From: Raillietiella orientalis
Taxonomy: Eukaryota
Length of the DNA: 64,000 bases
Assembly (NCBI GenBank): GCA_036172245.1
Contig: JAYWIR010000019.1
Span: 248,001-312,000 of the forward strand
Reading direction: 5' to 3'
Positions 1 to 13,500 of the stretch are shown here, piece after piece. Below the pieces are notes generated by a model. The model did no database searches. It had not been told where the DNA came from and saw only the letters and a program-made list of their open reading frames with translations. The position numbers and the translations under genes were made by a program. Every line of letters begins with the position of its first letter. Position 1 is the stretch's first letter.

Positions 1-399
1 GCGTGGGACGCTGGTTCTTGAAGTACTCAGCGAACCCCCCAAAAAACCTGAAAGCGAAGAAGGATTTCCATCGTCCTAGTGCAATAGTAGCAATCTCCTT
101 GTGGGTTTTTCATAAAACAACCAATGAAACCTAACCTACTTAATCCACACCCTAAACGTTTAAAATAGTTAGAACGTCACGCTATGTAAACTTCGCGAAA
201 CCTCTTGAAATTGCATAGATGAGGCGTCCATCCGTCAGTCTTTGGGCAAATTAGGACGGCTTCCTAACGGAAGCTAGCTCTGAAGCAAAGATGATGAAAG
301 GAGTACCACTTATCAGGGTGGAATGTTGAAGAAGGTGGCAGAGTCCACAGAGTCCGGCACTTGGTTGGGTGGCAAAGTTCCATCTGCCACTCAACCAAG

Positions 400-1000
400 T
401 GCAGGACGAGCGGCAATGACGGAAGCCGCGAAAGTAAGCAAGACGCCTGCGTCGTCGTCCTGAGCAACCTCGGCCGCGTCCTTGCCGACCCGGAAGCGCA
501 CTCTCGGAGACCCACACCCTGCAGAGCTGCCCACGCGGAAGGACAAAACAAAGCACCCTCGTGCGCCTGGACAAGTCCATTCGCCTATGAGGAGGAGCAG
601 GGCGATTTCTGCCGCTCTGGACCTGCAACGCGCCCCAGCGGCAGATGCCCGAAGTGCGGAAGGCTCGGTCGTGCGGCTGCATCGCGTACAAACGCTGTTC
701 TTCTCGGAGCCACGAGCGACAGGTACAAGGAGTGACTGACATTCCAGGGACACCTGGACGGCCTGAACGACAGGCTGCCGAACCACCGATCAAACGGACG
801 CCACCTTCCTCCAGCTGCAGTTCCGGTCGAGGCACGCAAAAGAAGGCGTCTCCCGTCCAAGAAGACCGGAAGTGACTTCAGAAGTGTCCACCTTCGAGGT
901 CCAGGTCCTTCGAGGTCAACGCGTCGACCATGCTAGAAGCCACCTTGGAGACGGCGGTGGAGGCAGCGGCGATCCACCCCGAATCAACGCAAACGGCAGA
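400..1000 (+). mobile_element. Possible gag-like LINE ORF1 relic
   Basis: RCPKCGRLG (a CCHC knuckle start, His lost) followed by frameshifted Cys/His remnants. Confidence 0.35.
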
Positions 1001-2589
1001 GGCTCCACTGCGACCGCGCCTGGACGGTCTTCGCCGGGAAGCTGGAAGCGCTCCCGGTGGTCGACGAGCAAGATGTTGGTATTCTTCGGCGTCGAGCCAC
1101 TATCGGGACAGAGCTCCACGTAGCCATCGATTCCATGGTCGCCTCCGTCGGAAAGGAAAGACTGTCGGAGGGATCACGGAGGACATCGGCAGCAGAAAGA
1201 ACCCCTCGTAATGATGTTGCGGGAATGGTCGCTGAGAGCTTGGGGGCGGGAGAAAACGCCCGCAGGGTGCGTACTACGTTAAGACCACCCGAGAAGGAAA
1301 CGGAAAGTGGTGGTCCGGACCATGACCCAGGAGAAGAGAGGGAAGGATCTGTCAGACAAAGGAGCATGAAAGACGTTTGTACTTAAAGCACGTACCAATT
1401 ACGGGATTTTAAGCACCTAACCGCCCGAGGGCCTCTTCACTCGTGGCAGGACGCTGCCTGCGGCGACGGACCGCCGTTCCGTGCTGCGTTCTCGGTATCG
1501 TGGCGGCCGGGGGATCGCGGACTTCTTCGACGCCTCCCACATCACCCGAGGATGCTCCTGACCTTTTCCGTTACAGCGAGTATCCCGGAAAGGACGACCC
1601 CGCGAATCCAGGAAGGCTCCCAAGGAAGGAGTCCGTCCCTCGCACCCTCGGCGGGGCGATCTTTTCCTTCTTCCCTCCTTTCTTCTCCAAAGGGGACTCA
1701 TGAAGCATCTACTCCTGGATTTCTTCCCCAGAGGGCATCCTTGGCGGGCCAGAGACCCCGGCTGCAGAGGTCGAGACAGCAGGGAAGCGCCTGCTGTCTC
1801 GCCTTTCCGTTGCCAAGGACCGCAGCGGGATGGCCTCACTGGAGGCACAGCCAGAAGGAGCGTGCCGGCGTCCCTGAGGGGATGAGGAGGACACGGGGGA
1901 GCAGCCTGCGGTTCCTTCCCTTCCCCTCTCGAACATTCCAGGCCCTCTTCGGTTTCGCATTTTCCTATCTTTCTCGTTTATTTCCCTTCTCTCTGGTTTC
2001 CCTGTGCGGGTCCCTCCCGGAGAGTGCCTTGCGCAGCCTCCAAGACTTCCCAAATCAGGGATGGGACTCCCGCGACGGAGGAAGAAACTCCGCTGAACTG
2101 TTTCGTTGTTGAAGTTTGTTCTTGCTAGAGACGCGCCGGCCTGACCGGGTGGGCAACAAACGAGCATCAGCGAGCGACCTTCCGGGGGTGGACGTGACGC
2201 CCGCAGGGTCACGGGATCCCGGACGAAGTCCAGAGACGAAGCTCAGTCCCTTCTGGGCTGTAGTCGGAAAGAGATGTGTGCGGATGCTGTGGTCCAGCGC
2301 ACGCCGCACTCCACTCCCGAGTCTCACGGGGTCACGTCGGAGGTGTGGCTGTGCGAGTCCCGATGAGATTGCCTTGAGGCAACTTTTCACGAGTGAGCGG
2401 ATGGACAGGAAGGGATGCCGAAACTCGGGTGAAAAGAAGGAGGTGGAAATCTCTCTTTGTTTCTCCACCACATGCCTCAGAGAAGATGCTACGACTGCAC
2501 CACCTCCCCCTCAGTCCTCCAACGATCAAGGAATGCGTACTTCAAAATGGCTGCCTCGTCTTTAAGGCCATTGTAGATTCTTTGTCATT

Positions 2590-2984
2590 GGATAGATAGG
2601 TTAGCATAGGTTAAGGGGTAGGTGGAGGGTAGGATAGGTCGGGTAGTTTTCGTCGTTTTGGGTAAAGTAGGGTAGGTTGGGCATGTTGACTAGGTTACGT
2701 GGCTGAGGTGAGTTAGACGTTAGTACGTTGGGTTAGGTTCGGTTAAGTGGGTGAGGCTAGGTAGTTTGGGTTAGATAGGTTGCGTAGTTACATAGGTGAT
2801 GTGAGGTTAGGTGAGGTTGGTTAGATAAGTAGGGTATGTTGAATTAGATTTGGTTCAGCATGTTAGACTAGGTAGTTTTGATTAGATGGGTTAGCTGGAT
2901 TAGGTTACCTGAGGTTGGTCAGGTTACATTATGTATGTTGGGTAGTTTATGTAAGTTATGTCGGGTAGCCTGGGTTGGATTTGG
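2590..2984 (+). repeat. Degenerate (TTAGG)n-like interstitial tract
   Basis: Dense ggttagg/taggt/gtgagg units over about 400 bp. Confidence 0.85.
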
Positions 2985-5900
2985 ACATGCGTCTGTTCGA
3001 GTGCTTCACTGCCACATTCACGCAAAGGTTCGCCCTAGATCTCAAGGGAAAAGAAAGTGCTACTCCTGCACACCTGAGTGCATCGACGCATACCAAGTAC
3101 ATGAGGTTCCAATCCTTATGCACTTGAAGGACGGGGCGGGGAAGAAAAGGCAAAAGAAGAAGAATTCAAATGCACGAAGCGGGGTTAGGCAGCGCACGCT
3201 CTTCATTCTTGAAAGTGACCTTTCTTCGTGTTTGTGTCGATGCAAGAAACCCTTGGTAAACTCTGCCTCCAGCTTGATGCGGTGCTTATTCGAGAACACC
3301 ACTGTCTTCGACGCTTGAACTGGCGGCGTTGAAGCGAAGAAGGCCCGTGAATGCCTGTGAGCTCGGGACTGAGGCAGAAGGAAGCTTCCAAGGAGACACG
3401 CATGCAAACTGAAGTTGCGTTCGCGTGGCCCGAATGCAGAGAGGGGGCCACTCCTTCGCCACCGTTGCTTGAGAGGAGGCCAAAAATTGAAACGTCATCG
3501 GAAAGCGTCCAAAGCACCTTCTTGTAGCACCTTCATGCTGCTCATATCACACTCTATGCCGTGGCCATAAAGTGCGAAAATGAGCAGAGTGAAGATTTCA
3601 GAAGGTATCTGGCGTACACTCTGAAGGGAATTGTCGAGGCTCGCGAGCCGGGATGGGGAAATCCGTTCCGGGGCTATCCTTGGACCAGATTTTCCGATCC
3701 CACTTTTCTTTGGATCTCTCAGGTTCGAGCACACTCAGGGCCAGGGCGTTCCATGTAGATGGAAAAGCTGGAATTTTGAGCAATGAAGGCTGCGATGTGG
3801 GATGCCGGATGCGACCACTTGGTTTCTGAAGAGAGGACTGGAGCTCACATCGATTGCTACTGTGAATCTTCGTCTTTCGACTCGGGTTGCGCTCTGCACT
3901 TGACAAGTTTCATTCATTATTCATGCACGTGAATTAACGTAATTCCGTCGTCTTCATGATTGCAGTAATAGGTATTATTTGCAGAGGGATTGGCATCTTC
4001 TCAGAGGATTTTACGTTTAGCGGAAAATGCACTGTAATGTATGTTACATACTTGTCAGTCGTCCTGCAATTGCGAGGGTGCAATCCCTACCGATGTTAGT
4101 AGACTGGGCGAGTGATGCGCCTTTCGCAAGCAGGAAAAAGTTTCGCGGTCAATATGTACGTTTTCACATCACGACAGCCACAAACTGCTGAAGTTTGCAC
4201 TTACCGGAGAACTGTCTGTCTGCTGCTGCATGCACCTTCTGCACGGCTGCGTGGTGGTGAGATCTTTGGTTGAGGACGTATCGGGAAGTATTTAGCCAGG
4301 AGTGTGGCAAGAGATGAAAAGCGGCGAAATGACGCGAAAGGAGGGAAGCGGCTTGCCAAATCGGGGGAAACCCGGGATTTCACAGGAAAAAAACTAGTCC
4401 TGGACTTCGAGTGGGACGAGGGCGAGCGGAAGCAGCTAGGAGACGCTTTTCCAACAATGGGAGGGCCCTGTCTCCCTGGAGATTCGGAACCCTGACGCAA
4501 CAATGAGGCGAGCTCGCCCCCTTCACCTGGAACATGCCTTTTGCTGGTTCCGTTTATCGTTGCGCGTGGCTGAAAGTGCCGAAACCGGCCGCCGGTCCTT
4601 CGGATCTCCTCGGGGCACGCAGGATCCGCTTCCGGTGGAACCAGGAATGCGCGCGCGCGCCTGCCGTGACGCTGCGATGCGGAGGTTCGCCACCGCCCCG
4701 CGCCAAAGAAGCCTTCCGGGCGAGGCGGGGACTGCGTTCGACCCTTTCCTGCATCCCTTTCTCTCCTCCGCCTCTTCCCTTTCCGTGGCTTCCATCGGCG
4801 AATCCCCCCTCTTCCGCTCCCTCGCTCCCGCGGTTTCCCGTTCCCTCGTTTTGCACGTTGGGCAGCCTCGCAGCATGCGGCCACTGTCTTCGCACGCTGT
4901 GCTTCGGGAGGCGGGCAAACTCAGCCGGGCGTCTGATCAAGAGGAACGGTGAACGGTTTGCACGGGGTAACCCCTTTGCGCTGCGCACGCGCTTGCACGG
5001 CCGTTCGTCTCCTCCTCCTCACCCTTCTTCCTCCTCGCGTCTCCCCCCTAATTCGAATATGAGCGGCAGGGTGACACGGCGATTATCGCTCGCTGATACA
5101 TGAGCTGGCGGACGGTGGAAGGAACGGGAGAGGGGAGGAGGGGAGCCGGGAAACGGGCTAAAAACATGGGATCTCCGCTGCGGGAGGGAGCTGATCCGAT
5201 CTATCAAACATCGTTTTAATGCATGCGTTTCATTAGACGGAACAATGCAAAGCCTCTCGAGATTTATGGCGACACCCAGCCGATGTTTCCGCACTTCGCG
5301 AGGAACTTTCTCGCGGGACCACGTTCTATCGGCATTTGATGTCTGCTGTAAGAGTCCTCCTTAGCGGCCGCACGATCCTCTACCGCACTTTTGTTTTTCG
5401 TGTTTTTTTTTTTCTTTTTGCTTGAGCTTTCTCCTTTTTTCTTTACTACTTTGAAGGAGGGCGGGGAAAATTTATTTCTGGTATTCAAGAACGAGAAGGA
5501 GTGGACCACCGGAGAGAGTGGACGGAGCTGAGGGAAGCTGCGGGGGATGGTCGTCTCCGAGTGACAAAGTGGAGGGGCGTTCCAGCAAAGGAGGAGCCGT
5601 CTGACCGGTGTCCGGATCGAGCGGCGGACCGCGAGCGGCCGCGTCTGGATCTCGCTGCTGGCTGCTACCCGGCTCGCGATGATCGACAGTCTCCGACTGC
5701 CCAGGAGAAGGGGAGAGGAAACGGGTCTTCCTCCTGGGGCAGCTGCGCCCGTGAACCCGAGCGCGTTCCCCGCTCGTTTACTTATTCATGACGTCATCGT
5801 TCATCGGGACAGTTCGATCAACGGGGCACCGGCCTCCGTCGCGTTCCTCGGAGGTCGGGAGGAGAGCAGCGGCGTCGAATCGGTCGCGAGCAGGCGGGAA

Positions 5901-6029
5901 TCGTTCGGGGGCGAGGGGAGAAGGGAGGGAGTTCAGGTCACTGCAGGACCGGAGTTACCCTGATGTCTTCTTTCTCTCTTCTCCTTCTAGCTTCGCTTTT
6001 GGGAGGGGGGGAGGACAGAGCATCGGTTT

Positions 6030-6210
6030 CAGGAAGAGAAGGGAAAGGAGAAGGAAGAGAGAAGACGGAAGGAGGAAAGGAAAAGGAAAAGGAGGAAGAG
6101 AAAAGGAGGAAAGGAGGAGGAGGAGGAGGAGAAAGGAAAGAAGAGGAGGAAAGGAGGAAGTGGATGAAGGGAGGAAGAGAAAGAAGGAAGAGAGAAGATG
6201 AACAAGAAGG
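6030..6210 (+). repeat. GA-rich low-complexity tract
   Basis: (GGA/GAA)n-like sequence. Confidence 0.9.
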
Positions 6211-7348
6211 GCGACGCCAAAGACACTGTCTCTAAAAGATGGTAGTGATGGTGGCAACGATGATGAGGAAGGGGAGCGGAAAGAGGAAGGGCCCTAGGAT
6301 ACTGCCAGCAACCACAACAAAGCGGGACGGAAGGGAAAAGAGGATGCGCGCTCCTTTCCTTTTCGCCCTCAAGAACGGCAGGCGTCCCCGGGAAGGAAGC
6401 GGGATGACGTGGGAAGCCCTGCAGGCGGCCGTCCGCTCCCGTGGAGAGGAGCGGTAGCGAACGGCCGCCGCCTTGCTCGCAGCCAAGTCGGGCAGCAGCG
6501 ACCCACTTCACCGGGAAGCGAGCTGGGGAACGGGAGAAGGGAGGAAAGGGAGACTGAGGTTCCCGGTGGTCTGCTTGCTACCGAATGACCTTGCAGGGTC
6601 TAGCGAGACACTCCCTCGTCAGGGTTGCCAGTTCACGTCGGCGCCTGCTCTCCGGACGGGAAAGAGCGTTCTGACCCGGGACCGAGAAAGAAACAGGAAC
6701 AGGGAAGCCATCCCTTCTTCTTCCCAGAAGAAGAAGGTTCCAGAAGCAGCTTCCAGGAGAGGCAAGCGTCTTTTTTCACCTTACGAGGAGGAGGAGGAGG
6801 AAAGGAAAGGGAGGAGAGAGATGAGGGATCGTCCCACCGTCTCCGCCGCTGTGCTCTTCGCTCGGTACTTTGCCGCCGCTCCCTCCTTCCTCCGGTCACT
6901 TGCGTGGCGCTCATCCCGACTCTACCCAGGACCTCGGAAGGTGAGACCGGCTCGCGCGCGCGCGTTTTTTTTTGGTGGAGAGAGAGGGTTCCGTACATCT
7001 GCTTCTTTCATCCTGCGTTCCCGGCATCTTCGGGAAGAGGTGTAGGAAAGAGCTGAGAGTCGGGAAGTAGGAGGACCCCCCTCTCCCTGTGTTCTCCCCT
7101 TCCTCTCTCCCGCGAGCGTGTGCGCGGGAGAGAGGGAGAGGAAGGGGACAACGGGAGAGGAGCCAAGCGCCGATCAGTGGGAAAGAAGACGGGGAAAAGG
7201 AAAGGGAGTGGGGGGGGAGGAAAGAAGTGTGTGGAACTCGTGGGAGCGCCGACAGTGCCCCCTCTCTCCCCCTCACTCTTCTCTCTTCCTTGCTCCATCC
7301 CCCCCCCCCTGATGGCGCAAGGAGCTCTCGGGTTCTCCCCGAGCCGCA

Positions 7349-7383
7349 TCAGTGCGTCTCCCGGAGCTCGGCTGGCCGGACGC
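7349..7383 (+). promoter_or_regulatory. Core promoter of the DIP-like gene: Initiator TCAGT (A+1 = 7351) and DPE GGACG at +28..+32
   Basis: TCAGTG at 7349-7354; GGACG at 7378-7382 matches RGWYV at the exact canonical spacing; G at +24; 115-nt ATG-free leader; GAGAG/CTCTC motifs upstream at 7100-7290. Confidence 0.75.
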
Positions 7384-7465
7384 GTCTCCTGCGGCGGCGT
7401 CCGGACAGAGCGGGGCAGGAAGCGGATCCGCGCGGCCGTCTCACGCCGGCTCTCGGCGTCGCGCG

Positions 7466-7556
7466 ATGGAGCCTCCAGCGGCTCTGGTGGCAGTCGTCTT
7501 GCTCGGGGTGGCACCAATAGCTCTCTGCAGCCGCAGCAGCTCCCCCTACCGCTACG
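7466..7556 (+). CDS. DIP-like gene exon 1 (signal peptide MEPPAALVAVVLLGVAPIALCS...)
   Basis: First ATG after the Inr+DPE promoter; hydrophobic core; donor G|gtaag at 7557; phase 1 matches exon 2. Linkage across 13 kb is inferred. Confidence 0.8.
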
Positions 7557-10500
7557 GTAAGAGGGATTTGCCCGGGGCGTGTGTGTGATCCGGGAACGAG
7601 GGAATCCTCCGATATCCCCTTCTCTATCCACCCACTTCCCTAGCTCCCCCGCCGGTTCCACGAGCTGCGAGCACGTTCCCTCTAGTGGCGGAGCGGGGCA
7701 AGAGGGCGATCGGTGAAGCTCCTTGCTAAGCCGCGCGGACCGCCCCCTTTCCCTTTTTTTCTTATTCTCCCAGAGGATCGGGGAGACGGGAGGATGGGTC
7801 GGGAGGTGTCCCGAGCGGCCGCTCCACCCGCTGCTGCATCGTGAGTTGGGTGTGAGGGCCGAGTGCCAAGACCCGACCCGGAGACGGCCCTGCCGCGCGC
7901 GCTTTTACACTTCTGTGGTCCGAGTGGCCCGCACAAGAAACCGACCCTCTGGGGAAGGACGGAGGATCAACAGTAAACTCAGGGAGGGAGAGGAAGGCGG
8001 TCGGAGCGGCGGTTGCCACGCAGGTGACCGACACCCTGAGGTCGGCGATCCAGGCCAGACAACCGACCTGAATAGCCGAACTGGAGGTCCCTTTCTGGCC
8101 CTCTTCCTCCTTGCGCCGGGAAGGAGTGGGCGTGAGCGTGAACGAAGACCTCGAGAGCGCCTCCTTCAATTCCGCCTCCAGCGGCTGCGGCCCCATCCCT
8201 CGGGACAGGAGATTCCCGGGCAACAGGAAGGAAGGAGATCTTCCTGAGGGAGGGTCCAGTAAGGGTAGAGGCGTCATGCTTCCCCCTCTCGTGGACAGGA
8301 AGATGGGCATCTCCCCCCTCTTTCGCTCTCCTCACCACCTCCCCATTCTTCGCCTTCTCCCGTCCTTCCTGTTTCTCCTCGTGCACTCGCTCCATTCCTC
8401 CTCCTCCTCCTTGCCACCACCGCCATCGCCTCTTCTTCCTTCCCTCCCCCTCCTCTGTCCTTTTTTCGCTCCTGCCCTCCTCTATCTCCCTTTACCCTTC
8501 CTCTCCCCGACTTCGCTCCCGTGCTCCTAGATCCACCCGTCCTCTGAGATGAAGCGGGCACGAAGACGCCGTGCTGTCCTGGGCGCGAGGGGAAACAGCG
8601 AGTTTCATCGAAGAGGGTCGCCCCCAGGGAACTTTCCATCCCTCCTGGCGTCTGCTGAGGCGCCCCCCTCCCCATGCGTTCCCGGACGGGGGATGGGTCC
8701 GCAGCCACGGATCCGCGAGGAGTCGCAGAAGAAGGCGCGCGGCCACTTCCTTACCCTCCTTTCCTTCCTCCCAAACGGTCCACGGGAACGGGAGGAGGGC
8801 AAAGGTTCGGGAGAAGCCGGGGAAACGGGCACGGGATTTCCGGTCGTCGCGTTGCTCCTCGCCCTCCTCCCGGTTGAACATCGGCGCCTCCCAGCCTCGC
8901 GTGCTCGAGGCTGCGCCGGAGACGGTGGGGGAGCGGGCACGGGATATGCGTCTCTCCGGGCGAGCCCTTGCCGCCGAGGGGGGGAGACAGTAGAAGCCTC
9001 TGGAAAGTTCTCGATCCGAGGCGGCGGCGGGCACGCGAGAGCCCGCTTCAGCCTACCCTTCCTGAGGATCCCCACGGTGCCGCCGCATCCCGCTGGAGCC
9101 GATCGGGGCTCTCGGCCAGCAAATCTTCTTATCGGGTCTCACGCAGTCCCTTCCCCCTTCCTCGAGGAGCGCGCACCGCGGACCCTTTGCGGGGGGACTC
9201 CGCGTCGTCCGCTTCTACACCGTGGCCGGTGAACCGGTGAACCCCGCCCTCCTTCCTACCGCCGGGCTGGTCGAAGTCGCCTCGCTCGGAGGGAACAGTT
9301 GCCACGGAAACACCTTAAGATCTCCCAAGTGCGGGGACCGCGTGCCCCAGGGCGACCCTTCGAATCCCCTGGCGTCGGCAGACTTTCCTCCTTGCTTCCC
9401 TTCTTCCCCATTCGCTACTGGCGATGGGGCGGATGGTCTAGCGAAGGAATCTCCTTTGTCTCGATTGCAGGAAGCTCCTCCCCCTCCGCTCCCCACACCC
9501 ATTTGCTCCCAAGTGGGTGGGGAAAACTCACCCCCTCTTGCTTTCCATGCGCAGCCCCAGCCTCGGAACCTCATGGGCATCCTCACAGCGACCCTCCGGC
9601 TCTATCCAATAGACTGAGGCGAGGTCGGAGGGTTCTTCCCGGAGAAAAGAGCTGCGGAAGGAGACCGCCAGCGTTGCCGGGAAAGCCTCCTCGTCGGTTT
9701 CCCCTGGCCCGATCCAGAAGTGGATGCGTGACCTTTAATCCATTTCTCGGATTCTTCTCCCCGACATCGCCCTCTCCAAGCCAGCCGGCTCTGATGCGAG
9801 TCGCCCTATTGCGCCCTACTCTCCCGTGGGTTCGAGGTTCACGCGAACTGGAGCTGAGCGCGCGTGCAGCGGCGAGTCGGCAGCCATCAGCCGGATGCGA
9901 GGCGAGGAGAGAAACCCTCTCCCGGAGCTCCGTTTGCTTACCCGAGCCCGCGGGTGGACTTACCCTGTGCGCGCCCCTCCCACAAGCTTCCTCGCGGTCG
10001 CCTGGAGGGTGCGCACCGAAAGGAAGAAGCGGAGCAGAAAAAGAAAGAAAAGAAGGGAGGATCAGCTCTTCGGTCCGCTCCCCAATAGGCCACCTACTTT
10101 GCCGGCACGGGAACCTCCGCTCCCCACGAGCAGCGGTCACCGATCCCAACCCGAGGTCGCTCCCGTCTGCCGAAGAGCTGTTCTCTAAGAGGGGGACGAA
10201 CGCTGCTCGCCCCGCGAACCATCCCATCTCTCCTGTCCAATTCCTGAGGCTTCCGGTCGAGAATCCCACTTCACAGTTCCTTCAAGTGTCCGGGACCAAA
10301 GAGGGGGGCCTATACTCAAAGTGCGGTAAAAGAAGAGTCTCGGTGCTTGGAAGCTGCTGTTGCTTAGCAAACGAGACAAGCTCGAAAAAGGCATCGCTCT
10401 GTCCTTCTTTGTCCTGGAGAGGGAGTGGCAGAAAAGCAGAGAAAGAGTGGAGAGAATATTGTCCGTGTAGGTTGGGCGAGGCTGAATAGGGTAAAATAAG

Positions 10501-13500
10501 GTTGAGAGAGCAGGCTATTCTGGGTTAGGTGGAGTCAACGGTGTAGATTGGGTAGAGGAGGGTGGGTAAGACAGAGTAGGCTAGAGTAGGGTAGGGAGAT
10601 ATAAAGTGATTTGAGAAGGTTAGCTTAGGTCAGGTCAAGTCCATACAGTAGGTAGAGTGGGTAGAGTCGGATGGGTTGGTTCAAGGTACTCTAGGTCAGG
10701 TAGACCAGGTACTATTGGAGTGAGCAAGCTTGTGCCCGGTAGATAGGATAGGTTAGCTTGAACTAGATCGGCAGGTAAATAAAGTGGGGCGGGTGTATCT
10801 TGCGTCCAGTGGGTTAGGTCTGGAACGGGTTCCTACGATGATTTACTGAGGCGGTGGCTTTTCCACTGGCTGGTTTTGCGCACACGAGTGCTGAAGAGCA
10901 GGAAGAACAGCCTCGAAGAGTCTTTCCAAAGGGTTTCAGACTCAAGGTGAGACTCCCTCTATCTTCCTCTGTTCTTTCGATGCTTCCCCTCCCTTTCCCA
11001 TGTCAACGCGGACCTCGTGACTTCTTTGCTGTGTATGTGAGGGGGAGGGGGGAAAGGGGGATGCATACCGGTCCGCCTTCGGCGAGTCCTCGGATTCGGA
11101 TGGCGGGAATGACTAATCACCTCATCAGCGCGCTTCTCCCCGTCGCTTACGCCCTCAAAGAGTTTTCGGGAAGGGTGACGGCTACCGGATGCGGTGACCT
11201 TCTTCGAACGACGCTCGACATGCTCTTCGAGACGTGCTTCATCTCAGCGGCCACCACAGCACACCTCAAAGGCGCTTCGAGAGCTGCATCCGTCTGAGTG
11301 TTCCCCCCTCTTTGCAGCAGCGGCTCCCGCGCATGTCGCCAGTGTCGCGAAGAGGCAACGGTCCATCCTACTCTGCCAGGCTTCCAAGAAATCTCGGGTC
11401 CGGCTTGGTCCCAACGGAGACTGGCTGCTTCTTTAGAACGGCGAAGACACAATAAAGGTGACATTTCCATGGTTCCCGTGCGCTGAAGCCTCGGAAGAGT
11501 AGAAAGAAATTCAATACCATTAGCATGAGCGAAGTCACCCAGCTAATGGCATCGGATTTCTTGGAAGAAGCCCGCAGCTTCTTGAAGACGGCCTTTTTTT
11601 TTCCCGGAGCGCATTCCAAAACAGTTCCGGCGTCTCGACTTCCTTCGACTTTTCCTGGCATCACCACCGAGAAGCAGAACGAGACTTTTTCGTGCATGAG
11701 CGAAGGACTTTGGCCTTCGCCTCTTTGAGAGCTCGGAAAGGCTTGCTCACGTGATCTGAGAGATGAGAGAGCGATGAACAGAAATCTTCCTGTCCACATC
11801 CTGTTGCCCTCAAGCATCCTCATCGTTTCCATGCCTTCCTTGTGGGAAAGTAAGGAATATCTGGATCTGCTGCGCTGCACGCTTTTTTCCCATGATCCGG
11901 CAACTGGAAAACAACAACGACGACAACAAGAGGGTTCCTTTCACTCTCTCCGTTGCTGAAGCAGCTTCTGTAAGATGAGCTCTGCGACCGTGGCTTCATG
12001 ATGGAGCAAGGTGCGGTCGAGAACGAGAGCATAGTGCCTTAGGAAGATTTGAAAAATTTCAGGAGAGGCAGCAGCTTCTGGCTGTTGCATTTGCCCGAAA
12101 GAAGAAGCGAGCCGGTCCGCAGATTTAAGAGGGCAATGGTCCTCTTCAGAGATCTGATGCGCTTTACATTCAAAAAACCATCTTTTGAAGCTTTTGCTCG
12201 GCGTCGGATACATGGAATAGAGCACTGATGCCGGAAGGGTGCCATCGCTGACCCCGAAGGCATTGACGAACAGCACGACTTTAACGCTGGCAACTCGAGA
12301 CACTCGGTGACCAGGTCGTTCGGCTGGCACCCGTCGCCTGTCCAGCTGGTCGGTATCCTCATGACCCGCCGGATTTTGCGAGGTGGCGTCGGGAGGAGAG
12401 CAAAGAGCGTCCGAGGAGCGACCTGAAGCGATGGAGCACGGTCCTGCTCAACTCCTCACGAGGGGTCCAGGGTTCGCGAGTCGTATGCCGTCGGGCAGAA
12501 GAAGCTTGCCACCAGGATGGACCGCGGGTGCCCATGAGTTCGGTCTGTCTCTTCAGGGACGAGAATTCATGGGTCCAGAAATGTCCATTCCTGGCTCAAA
12601 AGAAACAGGGAGGGACACCCAAATATCTTCTCAGACGTTGACGATCTCTCGGGCTCGCAGAAACGCCATATTTCTCTTTTCCGACAGTTGCTTGCCGCAA
12701 ATTCTTCCCTTTGCTCTGTCTAGAATGCAGAGCTGAGGCGATCTGCCTGCGTTTCCCTGCTCCCAGACCCCGCGCGATTCGGACTTTTCCTCTCGCGCCC
12801 CACGTGGGCATTGCTGACGTACCGCAGGACAGGCGGGCTCTGCAGACGGAACGGCCTAGAGACCGCCTTCTGACTCCTCAGGAGTTTACTAGGTCGCCTC
12901 TGTTTTGCAGGCAGGTCGATGCAGGGCGGGCATTGATGGTGAAGGTTACAAGTACCGCCGGCAAAGGTCGCTTCCCTCGGAGGAGCTGGAAGCCTTGTTC
13001 TCACCCTACTCGCCTACAGGATGGGAGGAAGGAGGGGGGTTTGGCACTTTCCTTACAGAGCGAGAAGAGCTCGTGACCCGAGCGTCTGGCACGAATTCAA
13101 CACGCTCCCCCATGGCAAGCCGGAACCTCCCTTCCTTCCTGTTCAGCACGCAGGCGCGAACGGCCGTGGCCTATGTAGAGGGCATGTTTGCTGCGGAAGT
13201 CCCTCCTTGCGGAAGCACTGCCTCAGGGGGCGTCCACTCCATGAAAACAACATTCTTGTCAGGCTTATCGGAAGGGAAAGGAAGGGGGAAGGGGAGGTGA
13301 GAAACAGGCGGAGGAGGGGGATTACGACGCTGTTTTCGAGCGCTCCCTTTATCGCCATCCCTCGTGTTTCCGTCTTCGCGCGCGCTGCTCCGCGTGCGAT
13401 TCGATCGGCTCGCGCGTGGGAAGTGCGAGCCGTCCGAGAGACTTGCCCCCGCTCGCTTCTCGACGGAAGTCTCTTCGGCTACCATTTTGCTCGGTTTCCT

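Noticed and set aside
251..280. Hairpin followed by CTAG, resembling a Helitron 3' end
   Set aside because: Stems are only 6 bp, CTAG is not followed by T, and no 5' TC end was identified.
9299..10489. 396-aa plus-strand ORF in intron 1
   Set aside because: R/P/S/G-rich composition typical of GC-rich non-coding DNA; non-ATG start; no motif.
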